Assembly: GCA_976226885.1 (NCBI GenBank)
Contig: OZ320319.1
Coordinates: forward strand, 32,674,001 to 32,738,000
Direction: 5' to 3'
DNA from: Iphione sp. A-MEVVRFRX5
Taxonomy: Eukaryota
DNA length: 64,000 nucleotides
The notes beneath the pieces are model-generated. The model was not told the DNA's origin, made no database searches, and was given only the letters and a program-made list of their open reading frames with translations. A program made the translations under genes and the position numbers. This document shows positions 1 through 13,446 of this stretch, in pieces. Positions within the stretch are counted from its first letter, which is position 1. Each line of letters opens with the position of its first letter.

Positions 1-392
1 GGACAGAACTAGCAAGTGGACACATAGAGCTCAGACCGAATTGCCCATTCTCTGATAGTTTACACGGTATGTATCCAATGTCGCAACGACTGGCCTGTGG
101 GCACTTTGTATGAAAAGTATTATCACGATAGTGAAAAAGATATAGGTGAAACGATCTGTGACAAGCATCTGAGATATACAGGCATGCACATCGGGATTTC
201 CGCTGTCTCTAGAATGGACAGATGTGGTGACCGTTATGCTGCCCTAGTATAATACAGTAGAAAGCCACCTTGGGGACATGTCGCTCATAGGAACAAGTCT
301 CTAATAGGGACATTTTTAGGGAGGGTACATTGTATTAAAAATCTGAAAGTGAACATGCATGTTGAGTGGTTGGGAGCAAGGTTGATCAGACA

Positions 393-482
393 CAGGTTTT
401 TGTGGAGGTTGAGGCATATCAGTGGAAATTGTGCAGGTTTTTGTGGAGGTGGAGACATATTGGTGGAAATTGTGCAGTTTTT
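393..482. repeat. Tandem repeat, 41-bp unit x ~2.2
   Basis: Units begin cagg/cagt at 393, 434 and 475 (caggtttttgtggagg...gtggaaattgtg). Confidence 0.8.
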
Positions 483-1237
483 AGGCAAATGATATGCAAA
501 TTATAAAATATTTCACAACATCTATCATATGATAGACAGTGTCTATCCAGCTGAAAACCACCATCTCTCTATCCTACTCATCATTTGGCTCTCCGGAGTC
601 CAGAAAATAGGTAAATTTATGGCCCAGGTGCGTTTTCCACATCCGGACCCAGAGCACGGAGCACAGAGCCTGCATGCATGGAAACAATCATGTTGACAAC
701 CATAGAATTGTTATTTTCCGAAGCTGGGGCTCTGTGCTCCAGAGGTAAACTCCAGACGTATGGAAAGCCGGCCTTAGGTGCCTTTCACATATATCTATAC
801 AAAAAAAACATATCTATGGGTCTGGAGGAATGAAATACCTTCTGCTTTTTATCTCCCCAACTTCTCCATGCCTGACACCACACCCCTTTGTGACATCACA
901 GGAGCGTGGACCTGGTAGCAAGTCCCAACCTCAGTATTTGAAAAAGGTATACATTTACAACCTGTTACCCACAGGCCTTAGTTATCCGAAAATTTTAGCA
1001 GTGCATCACTGTGCTGATAACCACTTACTTTCATTAGGTTTATACCAAAATTCAGCAGTTTTATACCTGAATTCAGCAGGTTTACATCAGAGTTTGGCAG
1101 GTTCATACCTAAATTGGTGACGGTGTTGGCGCACTGATACACTTCTCACCATGCTTTATTGAAAAATTAGTCCAAAGTACTTTTCTGGTTTTACTTAAGC
1201 CAGGCACAGCCACAATAACACAATACTCCTCATCTTT

Positions 1238-1513
1238 TAGGCCCGTAGCCAAGGGGGTATCGAAGGTATCGGTTGATACCCTCTAAAAGTGCCATTAGGT
1301 CCACTCAGAGAAAAAATATTGGCCAATAGAAGTGAGGAAAAGTGAGGAAATCAGTTGATTTTTACAGGAAATATAGCCAGCAAGGCTATTTCCGTGCCAC
1401 TTTTCCTCTACTTCTTTGCAAAACACATGCCAGGTGTACATGTACTTCTCTAACCAGGAGGTCTACCTCTCTAATTTCAGATGCCCCAACAAAAATTCCT
1501 GGCTACAGGCGTG
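1238..1513. mobile_element. Degenerate hAT-like MITE
   Basis: Imperfect TIRs TAGGCCCGTAGCCA / TGGCTACAGGCGTG; no clean 8-bp TSD, only shared tctttt in the flanks. Confidence 0.4.
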
Positions 1514-3744
1514 TCTTTTGCAATATTTTGAAAGAATATCTAAGTAATTATCAAAAATAACTCAGCTGTCATAAACGACGTAGTGGTAATTACGTAGCGT
1601 AAATTATGGTCTTCATAGAGAAAAGGCAATTGACCATGCTGGATGTGTCCGTTTTATAGGTGCATGGTTATGGTCTATCTGCAAATTGGCGTTTGACTGC
1701 ACCTGTACTTGAAAACAGCTTTCTTCATAAATGTAACGTAGCATAAACTAGAAGGATGCTTCAACTGACCCTTGGACAACTTCTGAACATGAAATATGAA
1801 AAAGTATATATCATGCACAACTTGAAGAACATTGGTTTTCCCGTCCTACTTGTCAGGATGTTTTGACGGGGTTCAACAAGCTCTCTTTAAAAAAAAGTCA
1901 TGGGAAACGTTCAAACGAAGGGTAAACATTTGTACATCCGAAAATGTAGTTGGTAACCGTGTCGCTGGGGTGGAAACAACAAGTCGGGGCCATATTTCTC
2001 ACGGTTCCCTCTGACCCGTGAAGTTTGTATTTTTTTTAATTGTGTGAAATGTCTCCAAAGACCGCTGCCAAGGTTCCCGGGAAGTTTTCCGGCGCTCGTC
2101 CCTGGAGATATCTTCTTGGAAACAACCATTTATTTGAACGTCAGTGTGGCGCAATCACACAGCCGCTGATTGTACCAAAGTGGTTGTATCAAAGTGCATG
2201 CTTTCCGTCAGCCACTTTTCATTTGTGTTAGAAATGCATCGGCATGATTTATTCCCCGAATGCTGTACCTTCTCCTGGGTGCATGTTTAAATGTAAGACT
2301 GAGTTCTTAAACATAATTACTTTCCAGAACCAAGGCAGACTATTTGTGAACAAATGGAAGCGGTGGTCTAAATGGATAACAATGCAGTTTGGTACGGTGT
2401 AATAGAACACTTCGAAATTCCCTCTTAATATAACAAGAATCCAGCAAGTGCCTAGATTTTGAATGTGATAAAACGTTCACGAACCATCACACATTGCTAT
2501 ATCATTCTCATAGTTGTGGAACGATATACAAGTTGATGTTTCGCACATTCCTTTCTGCCAGCTCTATACCTAGGGGGGGGGAGCATCCAGGCCAACTGGC
2601 AGAGGACTCTAAAAATGATTTTATTTACGCATGGGATGAACACATCTGAACACAAAGGAACCTCCACCACTTCTCCACGGAGCTCAGCGGTCTCGGTATT
2701 TGTCCCGCCGATCAATGCCATCAGGTTTTCAGACCTGAGGTCGTGCTAAAAGTAGCAGAACCTACGCCTAACATATACGTCATACATGTACATTTCCATA
2801 CACATGTATGCAAATGAATGTTTTCTCACAAAGCAGGCATGGGTATCAGATCCATAAATAGCCAACTGGAAGATATTCTGGACGACATTGTATTGTTTTC
2901 TGTGCGATATATACATTAAATTCCTACCTAAGGGAACTTCGTTATTTAAAATTCCCTCCACCCCAATGTTGTGCCTTTAGGTGTCAGTGTTCATATATTT
3001 CTTCAATAGAATAATTTGTCATAATTAAGATGATGAATCCTCCATTACATTTGTAAACAAACCATGAGTTATTGGCAGCTAGGTGAAACAGACCTACATG
3101 TATTAGGTGTGTGCAGGGGTGAGCAGGGGCGGCGGAGGTGGAGATTCACGCGATCTACCGAAGTCCCCCCTGCCCCTCCACTAACAATCTACCGACCTGC
3201 AGTAGTAAATAATGAAAAGACGACAAGCTTAGATTACTTGCTTCGTGATGACAGGTGATGGAAAAAAAACAAAGCTACTTTATTATTAAAGTTTGAACGT
3301 TGTATGGATACGTTGAAGAAATGATTACTATTTTCCCAGAAATGAGAACAAGTTTCACGAAATGTTCATCTAAAATTGTGACTCACCACTGATGTCTAAG
3401 AAACTGTACTTTGTCATGATTTTACCTAATTAGTAAATATGGCCCAGAAAAACTACTTCTGGGGGGATTTTAAAAAATTATTTCATCAGCAAAATTAATT
3501 TCATTTGAAACTTTTCCTTGCGGATTTGTTTTTCATATCATCATATAAATGCTATTGGAAAATGCAGTATTTGGGGTTCGCCTTGAAGTATACAAGTACA
3601 TACACATGTAATTATTTTGACTTTCCCTATTCCACTTCAAGTTCAAACATAAACATACCAACATTTACCATGACATTTATTTGTAAATGTATACATCTTT
3701 ATACATTTATGCATATGTGGATAAAGTCCAAATGGGGTGGTTTA

Positions 3745-4087
3745 GGCAGAAGCAAATAGGTCTGTTTCTGGTCATCAACCCCTACCTAGTAAAATCTCAC
3801 CCTACCTAAAAAATTTTTGACCCCAAAGAGTTTCCAAGGCTGAATTTCCTTAGATATATGTTTTCACTGCACATGTTTTTGGTAAATTCAATAGATATAC
3901 AACAAAATCCATGGAAATTCAGCAAAGAACTGTAAAACCCATGCAAATTGGTCAAAATTCTTCATATTATCTTGATTATTATTGAAAACCAGAGGAAGAA
4001 AGTGGAAATTTTTTTTAAAGATACCCCCCCTCCTCCCTACCTAGGTTTTTGGCTGGTCCTTACCAGAAACACACCTTTTTTGTGGCC
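3745..4087. mobile_element. MITE with GGC(C) termini, Kolobok-like
   Basis: Left tttaGGCAgaagcaaataggtctgtttctgg and right ccagaaacacaccttttttgtGGCCttat form imperfect TIRs; TTA(A)-like flanks; internal ccctaccta motifs shared with 14778-15117. Confidence 0.55.
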
Positions 4088-6945
4088 TTATGTGAAATAA
4101 AGCGCAGGCGTGTTTAGTTGAGTACTTTATTGTTAGTCATGTGGCCGAACCAGCTTCAAGTCCCTCACAGTATCAAGCAGAGCCACAACTAAAGGACACT
4201 GCATGAATAGAAGATTACGAAGAATAAGGTACCCAGGGATATAGATAGATAGACAAGGCAGGGGTACTTTAAACACATATAGGTGAAAACATTACAGTGT
4301 AGCTTGCCCTGACTTAGGCCGGGGTTGCATGTAACCGTGTGGCATAAAACGCCATGGAACACTGTGGGACATTTGTGCAGTGTTTTCCTTCCAAATTACT
4401 GAAATAATATTAGAACTAACATGGAGCCTTGAATCATAGTTTTTAAATGCTGAAAACACAGATACATATCTGTGGAAAATGGGGCAGGTCCCATTCAAAA
4501 ACAGGCTACATGGTCATCTATATGCTGAAAAACCATGGCAAACATGCATGGACACGCTACATTGTGACAAGGGTGCATGGAAATTCAGGCTTAAAGTCAA
4601 TAAATGAACAAGCAAAGTCCTCTATTTACTTGCTATGTATTCCCTCCATTAAATGTTTCTTAATATTAATGTGTACCATTTGAATGACAATACATCAAAT
4701 CATGTCCCCTCGATAACTACTGTATTGCGCCGATAAGAGATTTAAAGAGTAGACAGAGAAGGGAATCGCCCTGAGGCTGTATACCTATAAATCTCAGTAT
4801 ACTTATCTTTAAATCTTTATCCGTGTATCTGTATGATTGTAACTGCCAATGTCGGTCTCCTCGGGGTTTACAATCCTGTCGATCTTCAGTCGTAAATTAC
4901 ACATTTTTGTCATTCTTTGTGTAAGCACCTGAGAAGGGTGGAAGTTCAGAAACTGTAATTGTGCCATAATTATTTGCGGGTTTCCCTTGATAAGAAATGG
5001 ATGGTCATCATCAGACAATGTCTATCTGCACATGAATGCCAGTGATGCATCTTGCAAGTCATTCTCGACTAAACACAGCCCAATTCATCTAACTTGTACG
5101 ATAAATTACAGAGTAATATCCTCCGATCGTGATGCACGTGTAGAACAAACCTAGGATTCGTTTGTTGATATAAAAGAGACGATCCAGAAATAGTGGAGGG
5201 TGTTTCCTTAGGTGACTGGACGTGTACGTTCGATAAACACTGACAATATCGGGATATTGAGACTGCAGGGTATCACAGGTATACATGTATATGTTCGCAT
5301 GCTACATGTATGGGGATTCGGAAAGGCTTCCCTGAGTGGTCCATAGTTGTTATGCTGATAGTTTAACTTTGGGCATTTGTTGGACTTAGTTACGACAATG
5401 GGAGTGGTGTTTCGAACAATGACAGCCTAATGGCAATATGAATAAAAGAAATTTCTCCATCAGTATGCGAGGGAAGTCCATAATTATCTTTTTCAACAAA
5501 GGCACACAGATATGCTGTGCATATTTTTTTTGCGCACAGAAAGGTATTTTCAGGGCAGTTCTGGTAGGTTGTTTTGTGATTTAAACGATCTATATTTCGA
5601 CGCCGGTCTAGACGACACAACAATAGAGTAATGACAACGCCCGAGGGCGCTGCTGCAATTGGATGCTCGAATGTCATTCAGGTGCTGAATTAGTGGAGGA
5701 TTCCACAGCGTTGACGTCACTGTCGCCCGCTCCCCCTTTGCCCTACTACCTGGATGTCCTTGCACGAACGGGGTGTATTAAAATGTCACTAGCGGCCCAC
5801 ACTGAAGGTCTCGACGCCATGGTCAACATGAACTTCCATTGATTGATGTGGTTCCGCGCCCATAATGAGTTATATCAAGCATGCTTTAATTATGGACTAG
5901 AACGAGTAACTATATGCCTTGGCTACTTACGCCCTAAAACAATGTCTGGTGTCATCCTCTGTAACAAAGGATGTTCATGTTATCATGTTATATGTAATAA
6001 TCGGATACACGTATAAGAAAATATAGTGATTATGAGCTGTCATGAATGTATGTGCATACATGTATAGGTACATGTATATCCGTGGGCACAAACAAATACA
6101 ATGTACCGCGAATGTTGCACATGACTTGCTAGTGCTGCCCACTAGTGGAGTTAGCGCCAACCACATTACTTGCATCCTCACAGATCAACCAGTACATTCC
6201 CCCCTTTGAGGTTTTTATGTTACTCGATAGGCGTCACTAGGCTCTCTCGCTCCGTTTGGTCCTCTCTAGTTGATGCATGGTAATGTCTCGGAATTTAACT
6301 GAATGCCGAAGTCCATTTCCCCACATTCCATACAAACAGATGATCAACATAGATTTCAGCTCAACGTCTATCTAGTACATGTTAAAGAATACTGTAAGCG
6401 GCTACAATTTAAGCAGTTACACTTTACTTAGGAAGTCATTCATGATTTTTTTCCATACGTGGTAAACGGGTGTTCACACAGTACCTCACCACGATAGTCT
6501 CGGATGTTTTTATCATACAAGCGTGTACAGAAACTAACATACAAGAATAATTCTTGGTCTGTGCAAAAAGTACATTTGATAATGCACTATATCCGTTAGC
6601 GAACATCGAACATACATGTTTTAACAAAGACGCTAACAGGTGTGTTTCCGGTGGAGATTATCAGCATCCCTGATTTGCTACCAAGATTAGCCAAACCAAT
6701 TTGAAATGTCACTTGCTGGGTCACTTGCTGCCAATATTTTGTTCGATTTATGGCTAATTGCGTGAGCGACAAAGAACCAGTAACGGTGATGAGACAAGGT
6801 TTACCAGAGGATAAATACTCATTATTCTTGGACGACTTGGCTAACGTTGACCACTTGTATGTGTGTGGAGAACTAGTCTACGTACTATAAATCCATTCAA
6901 TACCATTCAAACAAGGCGGTCTGGACCGTTACATCATGGGCTGCG

Positions 6946-7517
6946 GGTGTACGACCTTTTATCGAATCCCAATATATCGAATGGCCATTTGATAGAACAG
7001 ACTTTTTATCGACAGGACACTTCATCGAACGACGTTTTATCGAATCGCAGTATATCGAATGGCCAATGGTAGGGCGGCTTCTCTGCCTGTTTTTTCAGTA
7101 AAGCCACATTCTTAAAATGGTAGCAAACGTTATAACCAATTGAAAACATTCTTCAAACATTGGAAAATGGTTGCAAACATTTTAACTAAATAAAACCTTA
7201 TAAAACGTTTTTAAAATGTGTGCTGGTAGGGAAATGCTTCATCAAGGATTCAAAGCTACTATAACGCTTTAAAAGACAACAGATAATGCTTCACCAAGAA
7301 TTGTTTCTTTGATAGCACTTCACCAGTAAATATAATGTTTCGCACTGAATTGAAATGACCAATAACGCTTCACCAAAATAGTTTATCCCCCCTGTTCAGA
7401 CTGGCAGGACATTTTATCGATTCGATAAAGATTTTCGATAAAAAGTCTTTCGATAAAACGTCCATTCTATAAACTGTCCCTTCGATATTCTGGGATTCGA
7501 TATACAGTCGGTCTACC
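6946..7517. mobile_element. Non-autonomous TIR DNA transposon, Mutator/Foldback-like, copy 1 (572 bp)
   Basis: 9-bp TSD TGGGCTGCG (6937-6945 / 7518-7526); termini GGTGTACGAC...GTCGGTCTACC; ~110-bp imperfect TIRs made of ATCGAA/TTCGAT repeats; matches the copy at 12875-13446. Confidence 0.9.
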
Positions 7518-8184
7518 TGGGCTGCGGGCTGGGCAGGGCGGCTGTATAGCTGTGGCACGCCTAGTGCTTGTTTAATTGTCTCCTCTGTTTGATGTAATTC
7601 CCCTTCTTACTGTAGCCTCCTCATATTCAAGTTTATTTTTCATGGACTAGCTTGGGTTGGTCCACTAGTCCCCTTACTGAAGCTTTTATTCTACCTTTCC
7701 CGTGAGAGTGGAAGGCACGAAGGATGCAGCGCAGACAACTGAGAACGCTGGAATGTGAACTCCACCAAATTAGCTTAGTTAGACGTGGGTCCAGATCAGT
7801 GCACCACACGAATTGAACAGTTCGGACGCGAAAATAGTGACCCCCTACTCAGTGTCCTCACGCCTATTGCCTCAAATCAAACACCCTTTTAAAAATTCCT
7901 TGTGCTCGCGATTGATGAGGACGACCCTGTACCTTAGTGCAAAAGTGGAAGCAAGGCGATAGGCCATTTAAAGATGCCAAGAGAGAGGGTATTCGAATCG
8001 AACGGTCCTCGAGAAACGGTTCCGCATAAAATGCTGTACGATGAAACTGATGTAAGACAAAGTATATGTATATGTAATGGTACAAATGAAAGGATTTTAC
8101 GGGACATCATTACATGTACGCCTGCAAATCATGCATTTGTGATTTGTGTATTTCAACCGGAACGTGTGAAAGGGATTCGAGAAA

Positions 8185-8191
8185 GTGTGTA

Positions 8192-8272
<81 letters not shown>
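8185..8272. repeat. Compound microsatellite (GT)n + (GA)31
   Basis: GT run 8185-8208 with one interruption; perfect GA run 8211-8272. Confidence 0.98.
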
Positions 8273-8276
<4 letters not shown>

Positions 8277-11200
8277 CTGTGTTAAGAGTCGCCACATGTG
8301 CAATAGATTACATGAACATGCATATAATTTGCAATTTACTTCGAAAATAATTTTTCGTTGTTCGTCTGACGCAATGGTCGTTATGTATGTAAAACATGGG
8401 GTTAATTGCTGCCATCTCTGTCCGTGCTCATACCTAACGTACCTCATTGGAGTTGACGGTACACTAGTTACCAGTTGTCTTTTGTCGAAGCCAAACTTTA
8501 TTTCTACATGCACACGTAACCTTTAAACTAACAATATTGCTTTTAGTTTATGACACCTGCTTACGCACAAAGACAAACGCGTGTATCTAACCTCTGATAC
8601 ATAATTTCCAGTTAACGCGGAGTACATTTCAAGGCGAAGGGGAAGTTCCGAAAGAGAAAATACGGTAACGTCGCCTTGTCATCGTCAGGTAAGTCGCATT
8701 TAACAAAATTGAACACAGAAATGTTTTTTTTCCACAGAAATTATTTGTTTGTAACTGCAAGGAAGCATTGAAGGAAGGGTGATGAAAGTTCTCCTCGTCG
8801 TGAATATGTATTGGGTTTGGGTCACGTGTTGGCCAAGAAAGGCAGACCAAACAAGCTTGACGCCCTGATGCATGACGGGAGCACAAACCCAGGTCGGAGG
8901 AGGTAGGCCAGGGTAGCAAGGACGGGGAGGTGGGCGAAGAGGACGACGGCGATGACGACGACGACGGCGACGGGAGGGATGGGCCGGGGTAGTTGAGTGA
9001 GCACTGCCTAGCGACAACATGGTCGAGCGGGTCACGGTCGCCTGCACCTGAGGTAGCAGAACTAGTGTGACGCATCCCACTCAGCGGCGCCAGCCATCCT
9101 GCACAGGGGCCCGCGGCCAGGTAGTCGTACACGTACACACGGGCCGTCACTCGTATTCATTTGGCGGTACACAGACAATCGACAGGCCGCGCAGGCCAAG
9201 GATAACCTCACATCGAGTTCGCTAACAGCATGACCAACAACATCAGCAGGACGACCGACTGAACTGTCATAAACACGTCGACACTAGAGTAGCAAACAAT
9301 TGGATTGTACGCCGGCCGCCCTGGCCATACCGAAGCACACGAGGAGCAGCACAAATCTAAAAGCTGGAGTCCGCGTAGAAGGAAAGGTGAGTGTTTTCGG
9401 GGCGGGGCATAAAAAAGGGGTCCTTGTGTCCCGGGTGAGTTCGGAAGGTTACGGTCCTCCCAAGAGCGGCAGGTAGGCGCCTGCATGGCTCTGCCCGGTC
9501 GCCCGTTTCGCTGGCCCGGGGTGTTTGCGCAGCGTCGGGTGCGTGGGCTGCTGGCCCAGCCCTGGCGGAGCTGGCTCAGTTGCCATCTAGGATAGGAGGA
9601 CATTCCAAGGCGGCAGTGAAGGGTGCGAGCGGTACCAAGCACTGTTAAAGACAGCGACCGTCGCAACACGGGTGTACATAGACTTTGAGTGTGAGGTGCG
9701 GTTTGGCGGAGGTGGGGGGTGGGGGGTCGGTGATGATCCAGCCAAACTCGGGGCACGTTGTCGAGTGTCGGGCGAGGGATTCTTACCACTGTAGCAGGTG
9801 CTGAGCGATGTTCACCAAGAGGCCATGTCCTACCTGGTACACGCTCATGGCACCTTTGCCTCGGCAATATAATGGGGCTTCATTTGGACGGCCGACGACC
9901 ACACGACAGGGTTTGGCCCCTGATGATTGCCAGACACGCGAGGTTGAACTGCAACAGAGAGAGACTTTCTAAGCAGAAGTATGTACAGTGTACATGTACT
10001 GCGTAACAACATGACGGCAGATAACGCAGAAAAACGAGCACGGAATGACCTGAGTCTCAATCAACCGCTATTTGCATCTACAAAGGACACAGTAGTGAAG
10101 AGATGTACATATATATGATTAACGAAAAGCCCCGAGTAACCACAATGCCCTTTCGAACATTTTGAATTGCATAATATTATTTTGAATTACATAATTTCAA
10201 TCCGTTGAAGTTGCCCTATTACTGTTAAGTCTATACCCAAGTCAGTATCCTTTGCTTCGGTCATCGTCAATGTCATGACATGACATTCAGTGATATTGGC
10301 TTTTAAGTATAAAATACATATACATGTAAACAGTAAAAGATATAATGATACCCACACCAACACTTTCTGGTTATTATAACAGTTACAAATGCAAATGTAG
10401 TATCTAACTTCGAATTCCTCAGTGTTTCAAACATGAAGTGGCAGTAGCTTAATTAGTGACATTGTACAATGATTCAGTACTTCAGTCAAAATGCTTGCAA
10501 CCTTAGAGATGTAAAGTTATAAAGGTGGACTATGTATGGATAGGTAAACAACCGCCTCAAATCTGGCTAGCCCTCAACACTGCTAGTTAGTTGTAATTAA
10601 TGTTGATTTATGAATTTCGCTAGATTTCACGGGTCAGAGAAGACAATGGCATTCCGAGACAGAAGGTCAAAAGTAAGAGTTAGATGAAGCTGATGTGAGC
10701 AGTTTATAAACACTACAGGCGGCTCTCTTTCTTCAGCATCAGAAATTGTTTGGTCGCACTCTGTGTGTATTCTAAGCCACTATAAACTTATCTGTCAACA
10801 ATGTTTTGATTTACCATGTTTGGGAGTACAGATCACTCTGGCCCCCTTACTTCATCATACCGGGAATAATAGTTCTAATGAGTGGAATCAGTAGAAACCC
10901 TCAGTAGAAATCCTCTCAATGCCAGTGAATCACAAGAGGTTGTGAGTCTGTTTCCCTCGGTTGTATTTGTTCTTGCTTTCATTCACACACTTGCGGATCC
11001 CAAGAAAGCTTAAATAAAACCAACAGTAAACAGCAACTTAAAAAGCGCCTATCCGAAGGGACCCTTTGATGGTCACTTTTAGCACCCCGTGAATTCAATC
11101 CTTGGCGCCTGAGTTTGGTTTTAGCAGGAATTAACGGGGGGTTCGCTTTGTAGGACGGGAAGTGGGATTAACGGGAGAGCACGTGTGTAAAGGCATGACG

Positions 11201-12874
11201 GGAGAGAGGAACCACTTCCTGTTAATAGCAGCGACGCGTTTCTTTGACAACCGCGTCATGCTGACCGAAAAGACCACCAGGTTCTCGCGATCTGCAGCAC
11301 AGGAGGACTGCACCCAGACCATAAATCACCGGCTTTATGACCCCCAGGAACACACACGGGTTGTTCAGCTTTCTTTGTTTCCCATGTTGAGGGTGCAATA
11401 AAATGCAGCTAAGGCATGATTACCGGGTACACGTCCTTCGATGTGCACAGCTATGTACATACATGTACACCCACATGTTCAATCCTTGAATGTCTTCGCC
11501 AAGTTTCTCATTGTCCCCACAGGTTGCATGTATTAGAAATTTGTCCAGATAATCATACGGATAGTGATGGAATTCGGAATGTTTACATAGAATTTATGTA
11601 ATTTTTCATGTTTTATCGATTCATAAATCCAAGATTTTGATGTGCACCATTGTTTGTACAATACTTTAAGCAACAGAGTATTATAGCCTCTTGTTACTGA
11701 GTACCCCTTATTAAAATGAACCATTTATATAGTTGGTTAAGTTAAGCTAACACAAACTGTGAATTTTCGCGAGTTTACTGTATAGGAAAGCACATTACAA
11801 ATAGACTTGTAAATGCCGTACATAACAATACAATTTTAATATCTGAATTTGTTCAAGAAATCATAATAGGCTTTAGAAGGAAGCTGTTTAAGACACTGAT
11901 TTTAGTTTGAAGGTGAGTTTCATAAATACTTATCAGGTCCGGGGTCAAATGCCTTGAAGCTAAATACAATAAGTGACGCCCGGGTTATGACCCTTCTATA
12001 TAACTACTTTAAAGCAAGGAAGACTTTTACCTCCTAATTTGGAACGATAACCTTAAAAGTCACATTTGGTTCTGATGCACCTCGGTGCTCGGATATTGCC
12101 ATGGTATTAACAATAAGAAGAATGATAAACCATGCTCTTTTGGCAATGGAACTATATTTGTCTTCAGTTTTGGCTTAAACTACGACTACGTGGTCTTAGT
12201 TTGCATCCATATCTAAATCAGCTGGGAAAGTTTTAAGCAGGCAAAGCAACACTAGTAGTCGTAGATAGGATGCCTCTAGACTGGGGTGCCGTTGTCGTGT
12301 AGGGGGAATCTGCCTTCGGGCTCTGCTGAGGCGGGGGCCGACGCGCTGGGTGTCCGCCAAGCCCGCTAAAGTGGCCGGTCGCGCTCGACATTCGACCACA
12401 TACCTGCGGGCACGCAGGTAACTTAGCCATGGCGAGGACCAACCTGCACTCCGCAGTCGCTTCTCAACATTTCCTCTCCATATTGAGGTCTCACTGCATG
12501 TATGCATATTATTGCATATGCGCCATAGTTCAAGTTGCCCCTTTTCCACATGTGAGCATTCGCTATTCATTCTCCTGATTACCATGTCGTTAGTTCAGTG
12601 AAAGGAATGATTTGTTTCCGTCGTCATAAGTTGTCTGGTGAAGAGTTAGGCGGCGGACAGGGGTCAGGGAGCAGAGCATTCTGTGTCAGGCTCCGGACAA
12701 TACAAGCCCTTCATTATCGACGGTGGCTCGACCCTGGGAGCCCAGTTGGACCCTGGTCACCGCTTGGTCAGGGGGAGGGCCAGCCCTGGGGGTTAAGTGC
12801 CCCTACCTGCACACCTTCCCCGCCCCTCCATCGGTGAGGGGCCGCACCTGAAACCAGCCAGTCCCGACCAGAGG

Positions 12875-13446
12875 GGTGTACGACCTTTTATCGAATCCCA
12901 ATATATCGAATGGCCATTTGATAGAACAGACTTTTTATCGACAGGACACTTCATCGAACGACGTTTTATCGAATCGCAGTATATCGAATGGCCAATGGTA
13001 GGGCGGCTTCTCTGCCTGTTTTTTCAGTAAAGCCACATTCTTAAAATGGTAGCAAACGTTATAACCAATTGAAAACATTCTTCAAACATTGGAAAATGGT
13101 TGCAAACATTTTAACTAAATAAAACCTTATAAAACGTTTTTAAAATGTGTGCTGGTAGGGAAATGCTTCATCAAGGATTCAAAGCTACTATAACGCTTTA
13201 AAAGACAACAGATAATGCTTCACCAAGAATTGTTTCTTTGATAGCACTTCACCAGTAAATATAATGTTTCGCACTGAATTGAAATGACCAATAACGCTTC
13301 ACCAAAATAGTTTATCCCCCCTGTTCAGACTGGCAGGACATTTTATCGATTCGATAAAGATTTTCGATAAAAAGTCTTTCGATAAAACGTCCATTCTATA
13401 AACTGTCCCTTCGATATTCTGGGATTCGATATACAGTCGGTCTACC
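12875..13446. mobile_element. Non-autonomous TIR DNA transposon, Mutator/Foldback-like, copy 2 (572 bp)
   Basis: 9-bp TSD GACCAGAGG (12866-12874 / 13447-13455); same length and, by eye, the same sequence as copy 1, in the same orientation. Confidence 0.9.

Noticed and set aside
8097-8526. Overlapping ORFs with SLSLSL / RERERE tracts
   Set aside because: Artefacts of the (GT)n(GA)n microsatellite.
9208-9867. 219-aa minus-strand ORF and neighbouring 173-aa ORF (8629-9150)
   Set aside because: GC-rich stop-poor sequence, no domain motif; the trial minus-strand splice produced an immediate TGA.
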